From assembly GCA_050084985.1 (NCBI GenBank), contig JBITNC010000001.1:85250001-85314000 (forward strand): a stretch of DNA of 64,000 bases, read 5' to 3'. Position numbers and translations under genes: made by a program. Source of the stretch: Nageia nagi (lineage: Eukaryota > Plantae > Pinophyta). Under the pieces are notes generated by a model. It was not told where the DNA came from. It did no database searches and worked only from the letters and a program-made list of their open reading frames with translations. The first letter of the stretch is position 1. Each line of letters begins with the position of its first letter. This document shows, in pieces, positions 23,863 through 36,397 of the stretch.

Positions 23863-26601
23863 CTACTTCGGAAACCGGTAAACTCCAATTTGGCGCCGGA
23901 CTTTGGATCCCAGCACCATATTTCTGATTTTGCCCCATCCAAAAATGAGAGAGATTGTCCCACCAAATCCAATCACAAATCCCGTTGCAAGACCTATCAC
24001 TGAGATGTTCTCATCCACACTCCTCCACACTCTCCATGTTGACTCCTCTAGAGTATCAGGTTTTGCAGGTTTGTCGTTGTTTTGGTTGCATTTTGGTAAA
24101 GGGCGTCCGCATAGACCCTCATTGTCCCTGAATGAGCTCTCGAAGAACGTCCAAAATTGAGTTCCAGTGGGTATGGGTCCAGAAAGCCTGTTTGATGAAA
24201 CGCCCAGGTACGCCAACTTGGACAAGTTTGAAAGCTCCTCGGGAATGCGGCCTCTCAGCTTGTTGTGAGACAAGTCCAACTGCTCCAGAGTCCATATATG
24301 TCCAATGGATGGCGGTATCTTACCCTCCAATAGGTTTCTGGACAGATTTAGTAAGCGCAGGCTACTAAGGCTCCCTATGCTTGCCGGTATATCACCTGTG
24401 AGGTTATTGCTTGACAAATCAAGGATGGTGTTTGCTTGCAGTACATAGTCGATAATGTACTCATGACCTTTGATTACAACTATCATATCATCGTAGAGGG
24501 TGTTGCCACTCACTTGGGGATCTCCACGGATTCCGAACCCAAGAAGACGCTCTAGCTGATTGGGTATTCTTCCCTGCAATGTATTGTTGGACAAATCCAG
24601 CACTTGCAGGTGGGTAAGGTTGGTAATCCATGGAGGAATTCTGCCTTGAAGCATATTATACCCAGCAGTTAAGACTCTCAAATCCTGAAAATGTGCCAAG
24701 TAAGAAGGAAGCTCACCTACCAAACTATTTCTTCTCAGATCCAAAAGGTGGATCTGCGTACAATTGGCCAAGCCTGGAGGTAGAGTCCCAGAAAAATGAT
24801 TGTCGTGAACAGACAAAACTTCCAGAGAAGGAGCAAATCTGATATCTCTAAGACTTCCCTTGAATGAATTACTTGACAGTTTTAGCCTCTTCAGAGATGT
24901 ACAGTTGCTGAGTGAGGCTGGAATCTTGCCTGACAAGTGATTACCAGTCAGTAGCAAATCTGTCATAGACTTACAGTTGCCTATTGATTCTGGAATCGTT
25001 CCATTGAGCATGTTTTGGGACAAAACTAACTGTTGCAGGCCAGTGCATTTGCCAATACCCTCAGGAATACTACCAGATATATTGTTCCGATATAGCAGAA
25101 GCTGAGTAAGATTTTTGAGTTCACCAATACTTTGTGGTATAGGTCCGCTCAAACTGTTAGAATACAAATACAAATTCTGCATGTTTTGGAGATTCCCGAT
25201 TCCCTCGGGAATTGTACCTCTCAAATTGCTTGAGTGCAAGCCAAGGATTTTCAAATTTCGAAGGTTTACAATGCCTCTGGGAATAGTGCCTGACGAATAA
25301 TTGTTAGTGTCAAGAAACAGAGTTTCAAGCTTGGTCAAGTTAGCTATATTTTCGGGTATGGTACCCCTCAGCATGTTTGTGCCAAAATTCAAATAGCTAA
25401 CCTCTGTCAGCTTTCCAATATCCTTAGGAATGGTTCCACTGAATTTGTTTGCTCCAAGATCTAGGTAACTAAGCTGGGTCAAATTCATGAAGATTGTATT
25501 CGGTAGTCTCTCTTCAAAACTATTATCGCTTACAGAAAGAGTGATAAGGGGAAGGCTAGAGATACTGGTAGGCAGTGACCCTTGAAGTCTGTTAGTTGTT
25601 AATTCCAGCCAAACAAGATTGCTACAATTACCAATTTCAGCAGGAACAGATCCTGTAAGATTCCCGGGGCCATAGAGGGATTATTGGACAAGCTGCTTCA
25701 AATTTCCTAATTCTCGAGGTATTTTGCCATGCAATAAATTATTCCCAATAAATATTACTTGGAGGGAAGAACAATTACCTATTTCTGAAGGGATTTGGCT
25801 TTTTAACCTGTTGTATTCTAGACCAAGAACCTCTAGTTTGTCAAGCCTGCCAAACTCAGACGGGATTGAACCCGTTAAAGTGTTAAAGCCCAGAGTCAGT
25901 CTAACCAGAGAAGTGCAGTTGCTTAGAGAAGTGGGAATGCTTCCAATCAAATCATTTTCCTTCAAGCGGAGATACTCCAATTCTTGCAGCAGACCAAATT
26001 TTGGTGGTATGCTTCCACTCAATTTGTTGAATGAAAGTATGATCCACTGAAGATGTTTGCAATTAGCCAGAGATATTGGTATACGACCAGTAAGTTGGTT
26101 AGCATTGAGGTCGAGCACCCTCAATGCTTTCAGCTGTCCCAACTGTAGTGGAATGTTTCCTGTTAAATTATTGAGGGAGAGATTCAAAGTGTGCAATAAC
26201 GAAATATCTCCCAAGGAGGGAGAAATCGTACCTTGCAATTGCAGATCGGGGAGGATGATGGCAACCACTCTTTTAGTATGTTTTCTGCACCAAACACCGT
26301 TCCACGAGCACACCTCCTCCGAATTGTTTGCCGTCCAAGTGGAGAGCGCTTGCAGTGGATCGGACTTTATGGCCTTTCGGAAGGACAGGAGAGCTTCAAT
26401 ATCCCTCCTATCACCCGAACCGTCTTCTGCAAGCAGCATACGCTCATTTGACATGACAAAACTTCCTCCCACCGAATGCCCATTCAAAATACTTTTCTTC
26501 CGAAAATATGTACGGCTAGCAGCGTTAGCATCAGTGATTGCAAATGCCATGGCCAAAGCTAAGCTCAGCAACATCTTCATCATTATTAACACACCACCCA
26601 T
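23863..26601 (-). pseudogene. LRR receptor-like protein (RLP) copy A; intronless, 913 codons including the terminal stop, with one premature TAA at codon 307
   Basis: ORFs 25681-26613 and 23863-25488 share a frame, and the gap reads *SLYGPGNLTGSVPAEIGNCSNLVWLELTTNRLQG... without further stops. Signal peptide, LRRNT (CSWNGVWC), many plant LRRs, island (TLYDDMIVVIKG), 4 terminal LRRs, NEGLCGRPLPKC cap, GxxxG transmembrane helix, short basic tail, no kinase. First ATG at 26601. Confidence 0.92.
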
Positions 26602-26653
26602 TTTCCTCCTCACATTTCTAGATATGAAAAAATGCTAGTTACAGGCCTCCAAC

Positions 26654-26755
26654 TTTATAGGAGGTCTGAGGATTGGAGAAAACCGAAATAAATAATAAAT
26701 ATTTATTTTCCCACGTCAAGAGGAATTCATTAGCTTTCATACTTTTCCAAGTCAA
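26654..26755 (-). promoter_or_regulatory. Putative core promoter of RLP-A: TATA box, TGACGTGG bZIP/TGA motif and W-box
   Basis: Minus strand TATAAA at 26654-26659 (about 55 bp upstream of the ATG), TGACGTGG at 26711-26718 and TTGACT at 26750-26755. Motif matches only. Confidence 0.5.
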
Positions 26756-26794
26756 GCCTTCTGAGGTGTAAGACGTAGAAAGTACGGTGGTGCA

Positions 26795-28068
26795 ATGAAT
26801 GAATGTGCCATAGCTTTCAATAATTAATTTCCTAGTCTTTACGCCATCACGCGACTTTGGGGATCCAACGGTGGAAAACTCTTGCGTTGCCATCGGATGT
26901 TGAATATGTTGGAGTAGACGTACTGATCAACGCCTAGAAGGGTTCCGATCGAACGGTTGAAAACTCTTGTCTTCCAAGTTCGTACAGTTGAACGTGTGAA
27001 AGCGTTCGGCCAGATGGATTGGCTGTCAACCAGCTATCTTTCAGCATCGCCGTATTTTCTTGGCTCAGGGAGACATGTAACATGTGAATACAACTTTAAT
27101 TGGAATAAGGTTAAAACTAGTTATTGGAATCATGTGTAATGGCTACGTAGTAGATCATTATATGGTTTATAAATTATGTAGGGAAGAAAACATAAAATAT
27201 ATATAATAATCTTTTTTATAAATTCAAAATGATGAATATATCTAATTAAAAAATATAGTATTTCGTAATAAAATGTGTACGTTTGAAAATAAATATGATT
27301 TTTAAAATGAATACAATATGAAAAAATTAATTTGGTATGTATAAGTATATTTTGAAAGTTATTTGAAATTTTAATTATGTTGGTCTCTATTGCAAAAATT
27401 CTTTGTATGTAAATACGAGGAATTAAAGAATGTAATTAAATGCTAGCAAGAATATAGAACATGCAAATATTCACAAATTTATATATTCAATATATCTAAA
27501 TGTCTTTAATATATTTACATATTTAGAACATAATTTTTTTTAGGAGTGAAAAGCTAGTTGTTGATTTGCAAAGGTGGCCTGCAAAGATGTCAAGTAAATT
27601 AGCGATTATTATATATAACCTTTAAAACAAAAAAAATTGAGAAGATTTAATTTAAAAAAATATATTTTTATTAAATCTATGTAAATTATTTTTTGTTTAT
27701 CAGGGATATTGTAAACATATTGTTTGATTTTATTATTTGTGCATTTGTAATAATCATAATTGTTCGATATGCTATATACTAATTAATTTGTTATCTTGGA
27801 ACCATGAGACATAAAGAAAATTCATCATTTTTCTTTTCTTCATCCTCAAATTTTGTGTACAATATAAAAAGGTTTTCTATTACACCATCTCTGCATATGG
27901 TTGTAATTGCTCTTTGGTAACATAACTTAGCCAAATCTAATTTGTTAATTTGCAGATGCAACTTTGAGAAGAACATCAAGGAGCATGTTTCTATTAAATT
28001 TCTTTTGTGTTCCATGTTTACAAATCTAAAAATGAAAGATGTTAAATTGGTAAACTGTGAAATGTACT
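26795..28068. repeat. Unit 1 of a 1.3-kb tandem duplication of the RLP-A upstream region
   Basis: atgaatgaatgtg...tcacgcgactttggggatccaac...gaaatgtact is repeated colinearly at 28138-29413. Confidence 0.93.
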
Positions 28069-28137
28069 AACACAAAAATAATTTTTTTGGGTAGAAATAT
28101 GACAATATTTGGAAAGGGAAAAATCATTTTTATTTGG

Positions 28138-29413
28138 AATGAATGAATGTGCAATAGCTTTCAATAATTAATTTCATAATCTTTAGGCGATCACGCGACT
28201 TTGGGGATCCAACTGTGGAAAACTCTTGCGTTGCCATCCGATGTTGAATATCTTGCCGTAGGCGTACTAACCAACGCGTAGAAGGGTTCGAATCGAACGG
28301 TGGAAAACTCTTATCTTGCAAGTTTGTACTGTTGAACGTGTGGAAGGGTTCAGATCGATGGATGGGCTGTCAACCAGCAATCTTTCAGCATCGCAGTATT
28401 TTCTTGGCTCATGGAGACATCTAACAAGTGAAAACAACTTTAATTGGAATAAGGTTAAAACTAGCTATTGGACCCATGTGTAATGGGTACGTAGTAGATC
28501 ATTATATGGTTTATAAATTATGGAAGGAAGAAAATATAAAATATATATAATAATTTTTTTATAAATTGGAAATGATGAATATATCTAATTTAAAAAATGT
28601 AATATTTTGTAATAAGATGTGCATGTTTGAAAATAAATATGATTTTAAAAATGAATACAATATGAAAAAAATAATTTGGTATGTATAAGTATATTTTGAA
28701 AGTTATTCGAAATTTTAATTATGTTGGTCTATATTGTAAAAATTCTCTGTATGTAAATATGAGGAATTAAACAATAATTAAATGCTAGCAAGAATATAGA
28801 ACATACAAATATTCATAAATTTATATATTCAACATATTGAAATTTTGAAATGTCTTTAATATATTTACATATTAAGAAAATAATTTTTTTTTAGGAGTGA
28901 AGAGCTAGTTGTTGATTTGCAAAGGTGGCTTGCAAAAGATGTGAAGTAAATTAGCGATTATTATATACTACTTTTGAAAAAAAAAAAAATTGAGAACACT
29001 TAATTTTTTAAAAATGAATATTTTTATTAAATCTATGTAAATTATTTTTATTTGTCAAGGATATTGTAAACATATTGTTTGATTTTATTATTTGTGCATT
29101 TGTAATAATCATAATTGTTTGATATGCTTTATAGTAATTAATTTGTTATCTTGGAACTATGAGACAAAGAAAATTCATCATTTTTCTTTTCTTCATCCTC
29201 AAATTTTGTGTACGATACAAAAAGGTTTTCTATTACACCATCTTTGCATATGGTTGTAATTGTTCTTTCCTAACATAACTTAGCCAAATATAATTTGTAG
29301 ATGCAAGTTTGAGAAGAACATCAAGGAGCATGTTTCTATGAAATTTCTTTTGTGTTCCATGTTCACAGACCTAAAAATGAAAGTTGTGAAATTGGTAAAC
29401 TTTGAAATGTACT
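28138..29413. repeat. Unit 2 of the upstream tandem duplication, cut by the Gypsy insertion at 29414
   Basis: Colinear with 26795-28068; similarity stops exactly at TGTAGACAC. Confidence 0.93.
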
Positions 29414-29519
29414 TGTAGACACTCAAATTTAGCACCATGCAATACGTTTGGCATAACACATTTTTTATCATTAGCATTTAATGATACTTTGTCAATTATT
29501 AATTATTGAGTATTTGTTA

Positions 29520-30040
29520 TCATAGTTAATTGCTTTGGAAAATGCAAGTAAACTTAGTCATGTTTAGTGTATTTTCAATCATAGTCATGTGCTTTGGGAA
29601 ATGCAATTAAACTTAGTGAAAATGCAATTAAACTTAGTCATATTTAATGTATTTTCGATCATAATCATTTGCTTTGGAATTGCAATTTAACTTAGTCATA
29701 TTTATTACATTTTGGTCATAATTATTTTTTTGGGAATCATAATTAAACTTAATCATATTTTTTACGTTTCGATCATAGTTAATTATTTTGTAAAATGCAA
29801 TTAAACTTAGTCATATTTAATATGTTTTCAATGATAATCATTTTATAGAAATTGTAATTAAACTTAGTCATGTTTATTGCATTTAGATCATACTCGTTTG
29901 GGAAAATTTTTTAATATTAATCATATTAATTTCATTTTCGATCATAATCATTTTTGGTTAAGCTATAATTAAATTTAGTCATATTTATTATACTTTGGAC
30001 TATAGTCATTTATTTGAAAATTATAATTAACATTAGTCAT
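29520..30040 (+). repeat. Degenerate array of about 59-bp units inside the Gypsy LTR (continues at about 50103-50250)
   Basis: gcaattaaacttagtcatattta...ttttcgatcata recurs about 8-9 times. Confidence 0.8.
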
Positions 30041-31380
30041 GGGTGGGTGCAAGAATTTGGGTCCACTTTAAGGCTAAAAAATGAAAGTTTTTTCTTTGAT
30101 TTTTCAGTTTCAATATGATTTATCTCAAAATTTGAAGCACCTAGACATCGAATCATGAAAAAGGTCACTAGGGTGAAAATGTAGTTCTCAACATCTAGTT
30201 CTCAAATATATAATTCTTTTCATTACCTAGATCATAGAATTAAAAATTTGATAGGATAAATAAAACCACTTTCTAAAATAAATTATTTTTGAACAATACC
30301 ATACATGTGTCCTTCCATCATAATTTGACTAAAATCAATGTATTTTTTAAAATCTTTTTAGAAAAGATGCATAACATAATAGAGTTTGTCTTAGATATTT
30401 TTCATAATTTTTTCATTAGTATTTTTTTTATTAATTAGTTACTAGACATGTTTATGTTTTCAAAAAGTGCTCGTGTTTGTCCACCAGAATTTGATCTTAA
30501 CTTAATATTATTTTAATTTATTTTTTTATTCTTATAGAGAATTCTCTAAAGCTTGTTCCTATATAGTTTATTTTTCATAACTAAAAAAAAAACTTATTAA
30601 GAAAATACAAGACCTTATATTTTAAGTATATGAACCGGTCTCACCAAAAATTAATAGGAAAATATAAAATATATTCCAATTCTAAAATAAATTGAATATT
30701 TGAATTCCTCACTCTTTCATCTAAAATGGGTTTCAATTTCATGACAAAATTCAATTAAAATCAGCATGAACTATATCCTCCTAGTCACGATTTTGGGTTG
30801 AAATCAACCATGGACATTTATTTGTAGGTCCAAGGCATAGGTCTAGCTCAACTACACTTTTTTGAGCTTAAATCCAAGGGTGATGGGTGGATTTTGGAAG
30901 GTATGCATAGGCCACAAATTTTAAATATTTTAAGATCCTAATTTATGCTTCATAAATCGAGATCTAGATATATTTTTACTTCATAAATCAGGATCCCAAT
31001 ATATCGGGATCCTGATGTTTACTTTATAAATTAGGATATTGATTTTTACCTAGTCGTTACAAGGTGAAGAAGAAAGACATCGTATTGAACATTACACAAA
31101 ATATTCTTGCAAGAACATCTTGCATCATTCTCCTACATTAGTACACAAGGACACATAAAGATGATTTTTGCAAGATTTGATTTAGTTTTGGCATATGCAT
31201 GAATATTATTTAATCAACTTACAAAGGTGGAGATCCAAGGTATCTTTTTTAGTAAATTTGAAGTTAGAACAATTATTTTACAAAGAGAATTAAAGTCTTG
31301 AATGTAGAAGCAATCATTACAATCATGGGTATCTTTTGAAGATATACAAAGTTGAATTTGCTAACTTCTCAATCAACATT

Positions 31381-34300
31381 ATGGGTGATAAAAAATGTCA
31401 AAAAAAGAAAGGAAGAAAGTTCATGTCATATGAGAGAATGATGCAAAAGGAAAAGAGAAAAATGAGAACAAAATAATGAACCAAATTGTGATGAAGTACA
31501 TGAATGTTCCATACTGATTAAAGAGGAAAATATTGAAGAGAACATGAATGTAGATATGACTATAGATGATGCACCATTGAATGAAGCTTCAAATTCAATG
31601 AAAATGAAAACCAATGCAAGTATGTTTTTGAATCTTTGTATCTTTTTTTTTAATTTTAGATATTTTTCAATATTTGCATTAAACTTCTTCAAATGATTGA
31701 GAAATTATTTAATGTCTTTGTGAAGGGTTTAAGAGTTTAAGGGTTCAAGGTTGAATAATTGAAGGGTATAGGGGTAGGGTTTTAGGGTTTACATTCTAGT
31801 GTTTAGTTTAATGTTTAACTAAGTCTTGAATAAGTTAGTATTTAATTGTTACCTTTGTTTCTATGTATAGTAAACTATAATGAGTCAACCCCTAGCCTTG
31901 GAGTACCAACTATGGACGTGAATCTAGGTATGTCTTTGAATCCATATGTTAATGATATTTAGAATGAGAATATCAATAATACTGATGATACAAATATATT
32001 TTTATGTATTGAGTGCAATATCTTAGATAATGTTCTTGGTACAATATCTATGAGACAAATGAGAAGACATGCAACTAGAATATATGATCAATTATTTCTT
32101 AATAAAAAACTAGGATTTCAATGTCAACTTATGTTACAATTAATGAGAATGTTGAAAATGAGAATAGTAATAAAAACTTTAAGTGTTCATGTGAAAAATG
32201 AGGAGCCCTTAAGATAAATTATATCGACTATTGCTAGTGCCATGGACTTTATTGGGAAGAAGAGTCGATCTAAAGATAGGAATGTAGTATGATCAACCAT
32301 CACAACTGCTTTATTAAATACATCAATTGTAAAAAAAAAATGATTGGTAATCTTAGTGGATATCTAAATATAAACCCTAAAACTTTATGAAGAGCTATGA
32401 AGAGAAGAAAAAGCATTGGAATTAATCCAATCAACCAATTTTGGAGTTTTAGTGGTAGACTTCTTAGGTCTAATAGGAAATTGACTAATGAGATAAAATG
32501 CTTAATTAAAAAATATTAGCATGATCATACATGAATATCTCTTAATAGTAAAGATATTTTAAAACAAAGGAAATCTCTAGGGCCAAAAGATCATTAAACT
32601 AAGCATGCAAAATACTTTTTTTATATGAATCAAACTCAATTATACAATAAATTTATAAATGAGAAGGTGTTAAGTAGTTTCAATATTATCCTAAGTCAAA
32701 GATCTTATGAAAAATACAAACCTTGGTATGTTATAATTAACAATTAAAGAATCACATATTGTTGTAAAACACATATGCAATTTAGATATTATTATCAATT
32801 TTTTCAATATATACGTAGTACTTTGCATACTAATAACTTATTGTAGGGATACAATTTTTATATGCCACCTGAATTTGTTAATGAGTTTATAGCATGTTTA
32901 TTTTGTCAAATTCTAAATGGTCAATCATTTTATTCAAATGCATGTATTTCAAGATAATGTAGTATATGTGGGAACCTTTCAGTTTTAGGAGAATGTGTAC
33001 ATGAAAGTAATTTACATGATTTTAGAAAAACATTAGTGGATATCAAAAAATTTAAGAATGTTGAGTACGCATTGAAGGATGGAAAAACTAGGAAGCATCT
33101 TGATCTAATCATTGAAAATGTTAGTGTATATAGTTTTATGGACAATTTTAAGAGTAACTTTATTCCAAAATATGTGAAACATTTCCAAAATGCTTAATGG
33201 CTTGATAGTGAATTTTGTCAATGTAGAAACACATTTCTATATGGAACTATCAGTAGTAGACTTTACAGAGAACTATACTCTAGCACCATAAGAAGAAATA
33301 CAATCCTAGTATTATAATTCTCAACAAGTTTCCATTTTTGTTCATATCATATATAGACATGTAGACGATAGTAGAGAATATAATAGAAAAGTTTTGAGGG
33401 AGTACCATTTTTATGTAAGTGATAATCGATTACACTCACTAGATTTTATCTAATTTTTCTTTAAGATATTCTATACAAATTTGAAGGAACAAAATATTCA
33501 TATGACACAACATTTGATATGGTTAGATAATTGTATGAGATAATTTAAGAAGGCATGAATGTTTTATTGGTTAAGTAGGATGCATAGATAATACAATATC
33601 CAACATATATGGTCATTTTTTGAAGTTGTACAGGGTAAAGGTAAACATGATGGAGCTAGTGCATATGTGAACAAAGCTCTTGCTAGAGAATAACTTAGAT
33701 TTGAAGATTTGATAAAATTTTAAGATACACATGCAATTATGGATTGGTGTAATACAAATATATCTATTGTATCAAAAGAGAGTTCCAAAATTTGATGATT
33801 CTTTTGGTTAGTCAAAAATAATATTACAAGTCATCATGATTGCAATATAATTAATGGATCAATGAAATGGCATTCATTCAAGAGTTCAAATGTAAGCACA
33901 TGGACTATTTGGACAAGGGATCTTGCATATTTTTGTGATTCTTATATTGCAAGTGAATCAAAAGCATGTATAAATACAAAATGGGTTAAAGAATGGAAAC
34001 ATAGATCTTTAACACCCATAAAATTGCATGATCAACAAAAATTATTCATTAAAGATGAGAATCAATTATTTACACCAGAGGACTATGATCGCATTTCTGA
34101 CCTTGTACAAGAAGGTAATTTAAAATAATTTAAACTTCCTTTTTTCATTTTATTTATATGAATGCTAATTTTTGTAAATAAATGAAATAATTTTATGTTT
34201 TATACTTTTTGATATGAATTATATTTGTAGGACATGTGCATGCTATTATGTAACCTAAAGGAAATGAAGAGGTATTAAAGTATTTTTTGGCTCAATGTGT

Positions 34301-34615
34301 TGAGAGAAACCATAAGTTAACTTATAATCTATGTGATGATGATGGATTTGAGTATCCAATAGGTTTTGTGGTGGTTGTTGGTACATGGATACAAAAAATA
34401 GTACCAAGAAGAAATGGTTTGGGAGCATATGAAGATTATGAATGAAATAAAAAATTTATTCACTATTTGCATTTGATACTGACAACAAATATTAAACTAG
34501 AAAGATACAAAGGGATACCTACTAATAGGTTATTTTTGGAAATATTCAATGAAAGAATATGAGGTAATTATGAATGCATTACATGAAAGAGAATATGCAT
34601 ATGGTATTGATGATT
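31381..34615 (+). pseudogene. Degenerate spliced Sola2-type DDD transposase
   Basis: VVDFTENY...EEIQS*YYNSQQVSIFVH (33250), YVSDNRLH, IWLDNCMR*FK (33520), WSFFEVVQGKGKHDGASAYV (33610-33670). Cys/His clusters lie upstream and downstream. GT-AG intron at 34115-34230. Many stops; 5' exons approximate. Confidence 0.8.
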
Positions 34616-34639
34616 GATAAATATAGGTAAGTTTATATC

Positions 34640-34850
34640 CCCTTCTCTCCCTCCCCTTCATATCCACTTCCCCTTCATCCCTTCATCTCCACTTCCCCTT
34701 CCCCTTCATCTCCACTTCCCCTTCACCCCTTCATTTCCACTTCCCCTTCCCCTTCATCTCCACTTCCTCTTCACCCCTTCATATCCACTTCCCCTTCACC
34801 CCATCATCTCCTCTTCCCCTTCCCCTTTCCCTTCATCTCCCCTTCCCCTC
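34640..34850 (+). repeat. Pyrimidine-rich minisatellite (ccccttcatctccactt-like units)
   Basis: Directly visible; explains the spurious Pro/Leu/His ORF 34614-34889. Confidence 0.9.
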
Positions 34851-34851
34851 A

Positions 34852-34924
34852 GCTATCTTAGTTCAATTGGTAGAGTGTGTGATTTATAAACACATAGTTG
34901 TGGGTTTGATTGCCATAGATGGTG
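34852..34924 (+). tRNA. tRNA-Lys(UUU)-derived pseudogene, anticodon now TAT
   Basis: 73 nt with canonical spacing: gctatct ta gttc aattggta gagt g tgtga tt TAT aa acaca tagtt gtggg tttgatt gccat agatggt g. It differs from plant cytosolic tRNA-Lys(UUU) as I recall it mostly by C>T and G>A changes. Confidence 0.75.
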
Positions 34925-36397
34925 TAGCTTATTGTAAACTTGATATTTTGTAAACTTGTAAAATCAATTAAGGTTGTTATCTTATAAATGATTTATATGT
35001 ACTTATAACCTTGGTTTTCTAGTTATATGTACTCATAAACTTATTTGTTTTATCTTGCAAAGAAGCTTGATAATAATAATTATGGTTTTGTATCTCTAAA
35101 AAAAAAAATATTTCCTTCAAATTCTAACTGTCCCTTCTTGTATAGCCTAATTATTCTTTCATGTTCTACCCACTTTCGTTGAGACTCCTTATGCTTTATT
35201 AGATAAGGAAATTGAAAGACAAAACAAATCCCATGTGAATCCATTTTAATAAATATATTTAGATATGTTTATCAAACAATTTTCTTCTTCTTCACTTCTT
35301 TAGGTATCCATCCTTGACTTGATATTGCTAAGTATATCTTCACTCTAATACAACTTGAAATAATGAAAAATATAATGGGGATCCAAACATGCAATACTTT
35401 GATATAATGTGTATTATATTGCTTAATACAATGCATTATAATTAGCTTATCATCATTTTTAAGATATAACAAACTTATGAACCCAATTAGTCCTTATAGA
35501 ATTCTAAGTACTTATCAACATTCACATTTGTTTATCAATACTAGATGATCTTTCTTCAATACAACATGATTTACATTCACTATTGTTTATTAATACTAGA
35601 TGATTATCCTTTTCACTAATTGATTCTTAACTCTTAATGTGGAATATGTGTTTGATATCTTCATTTTACCTTGTGATTAGCTTGTTCTTTATTAGAGTTT
35701 AGTGAATTTGAATTTTACTTAAATGCATTATCATTAGTAAGAGTACTTATCCATATTATATTCATGCTACATTGGTGATTGAATATCTTGGATATCATTC
35801 ATATTATAAGATATTTCATCTCTTCATTCACATTCACATTTGTTTATTAATACTGGATGATCTTTTTTCAATACAACAAAATTTTATAAGATAAAAATTG
35901 CATGTTATCATTTTAGGAATGCTCCTACATAATTATAAATTTTTAGTTATTGTCTAGTTCTAAGGTTTTTTAGTTATTAAAACATTTGTTTTCTTGTATA
36001 CTCAATAATAGTTATTATGTTTTTATATCTTATGAACTTGTTACATGTACTTGTAAACTTGTAAAGTCAATTGAGTTTCTTATCTTTTAAACTTTATTAG
36101 TAGCATAACAAAAATACATAACAACATTTAATGTAATAGATCTGGTCCATGTAATAATAGTAACATGTATGTGTCTAAAATCCAAAGTACAAAGTCCATA
36201 ATATCCAAAGTCTAAAGTCTAAAATAAAGTCTAAAGTCCACATACATCATGATCTATAACTAACATACCAAAACAACAACTACCTAATCAATTCAAAGTC
36301 CACAATATACAAAGTACAAAGTCCACAATAAAGTCCAAACTCCTCATACATCATGATCTATAACTAACATACCAAAGCAACAACTACTAATCAATCC

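Noticed and set aside
25489-25680. Possible intron or two separate genes at RLP-A
   Set aside because: The gap translates in frame as regular LRRs; a single stop codon explains the split.
23903-26638. Plus-strand ORFs overlapping RLP-A (e.g. 26057-26638, 25724-26050) and their equivalents over RLP-B
   Set aside because: Antisense shadows of LRR codon usage; no independent domain signal.
26639-26893. 84-aa upstream ORF (similar one at 28130-28321)
   Set aside because: It overlaps the putative TATA and promoter motifs, has no recognisable domain, and recurs only because of the DNA duplication.
29520-30040. Regularly spaced repeats superficially like a CRISPR array
   Set aside because: Whole units are degenerate copies with no unique spacers; eukaryotic LTR context; no cas genes.
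34614-34889. Pro/Leu/His-rich 91-aa ORF
   Set aside because: Translation of the C/T minisatellite and part of the tRNA pseudogene.
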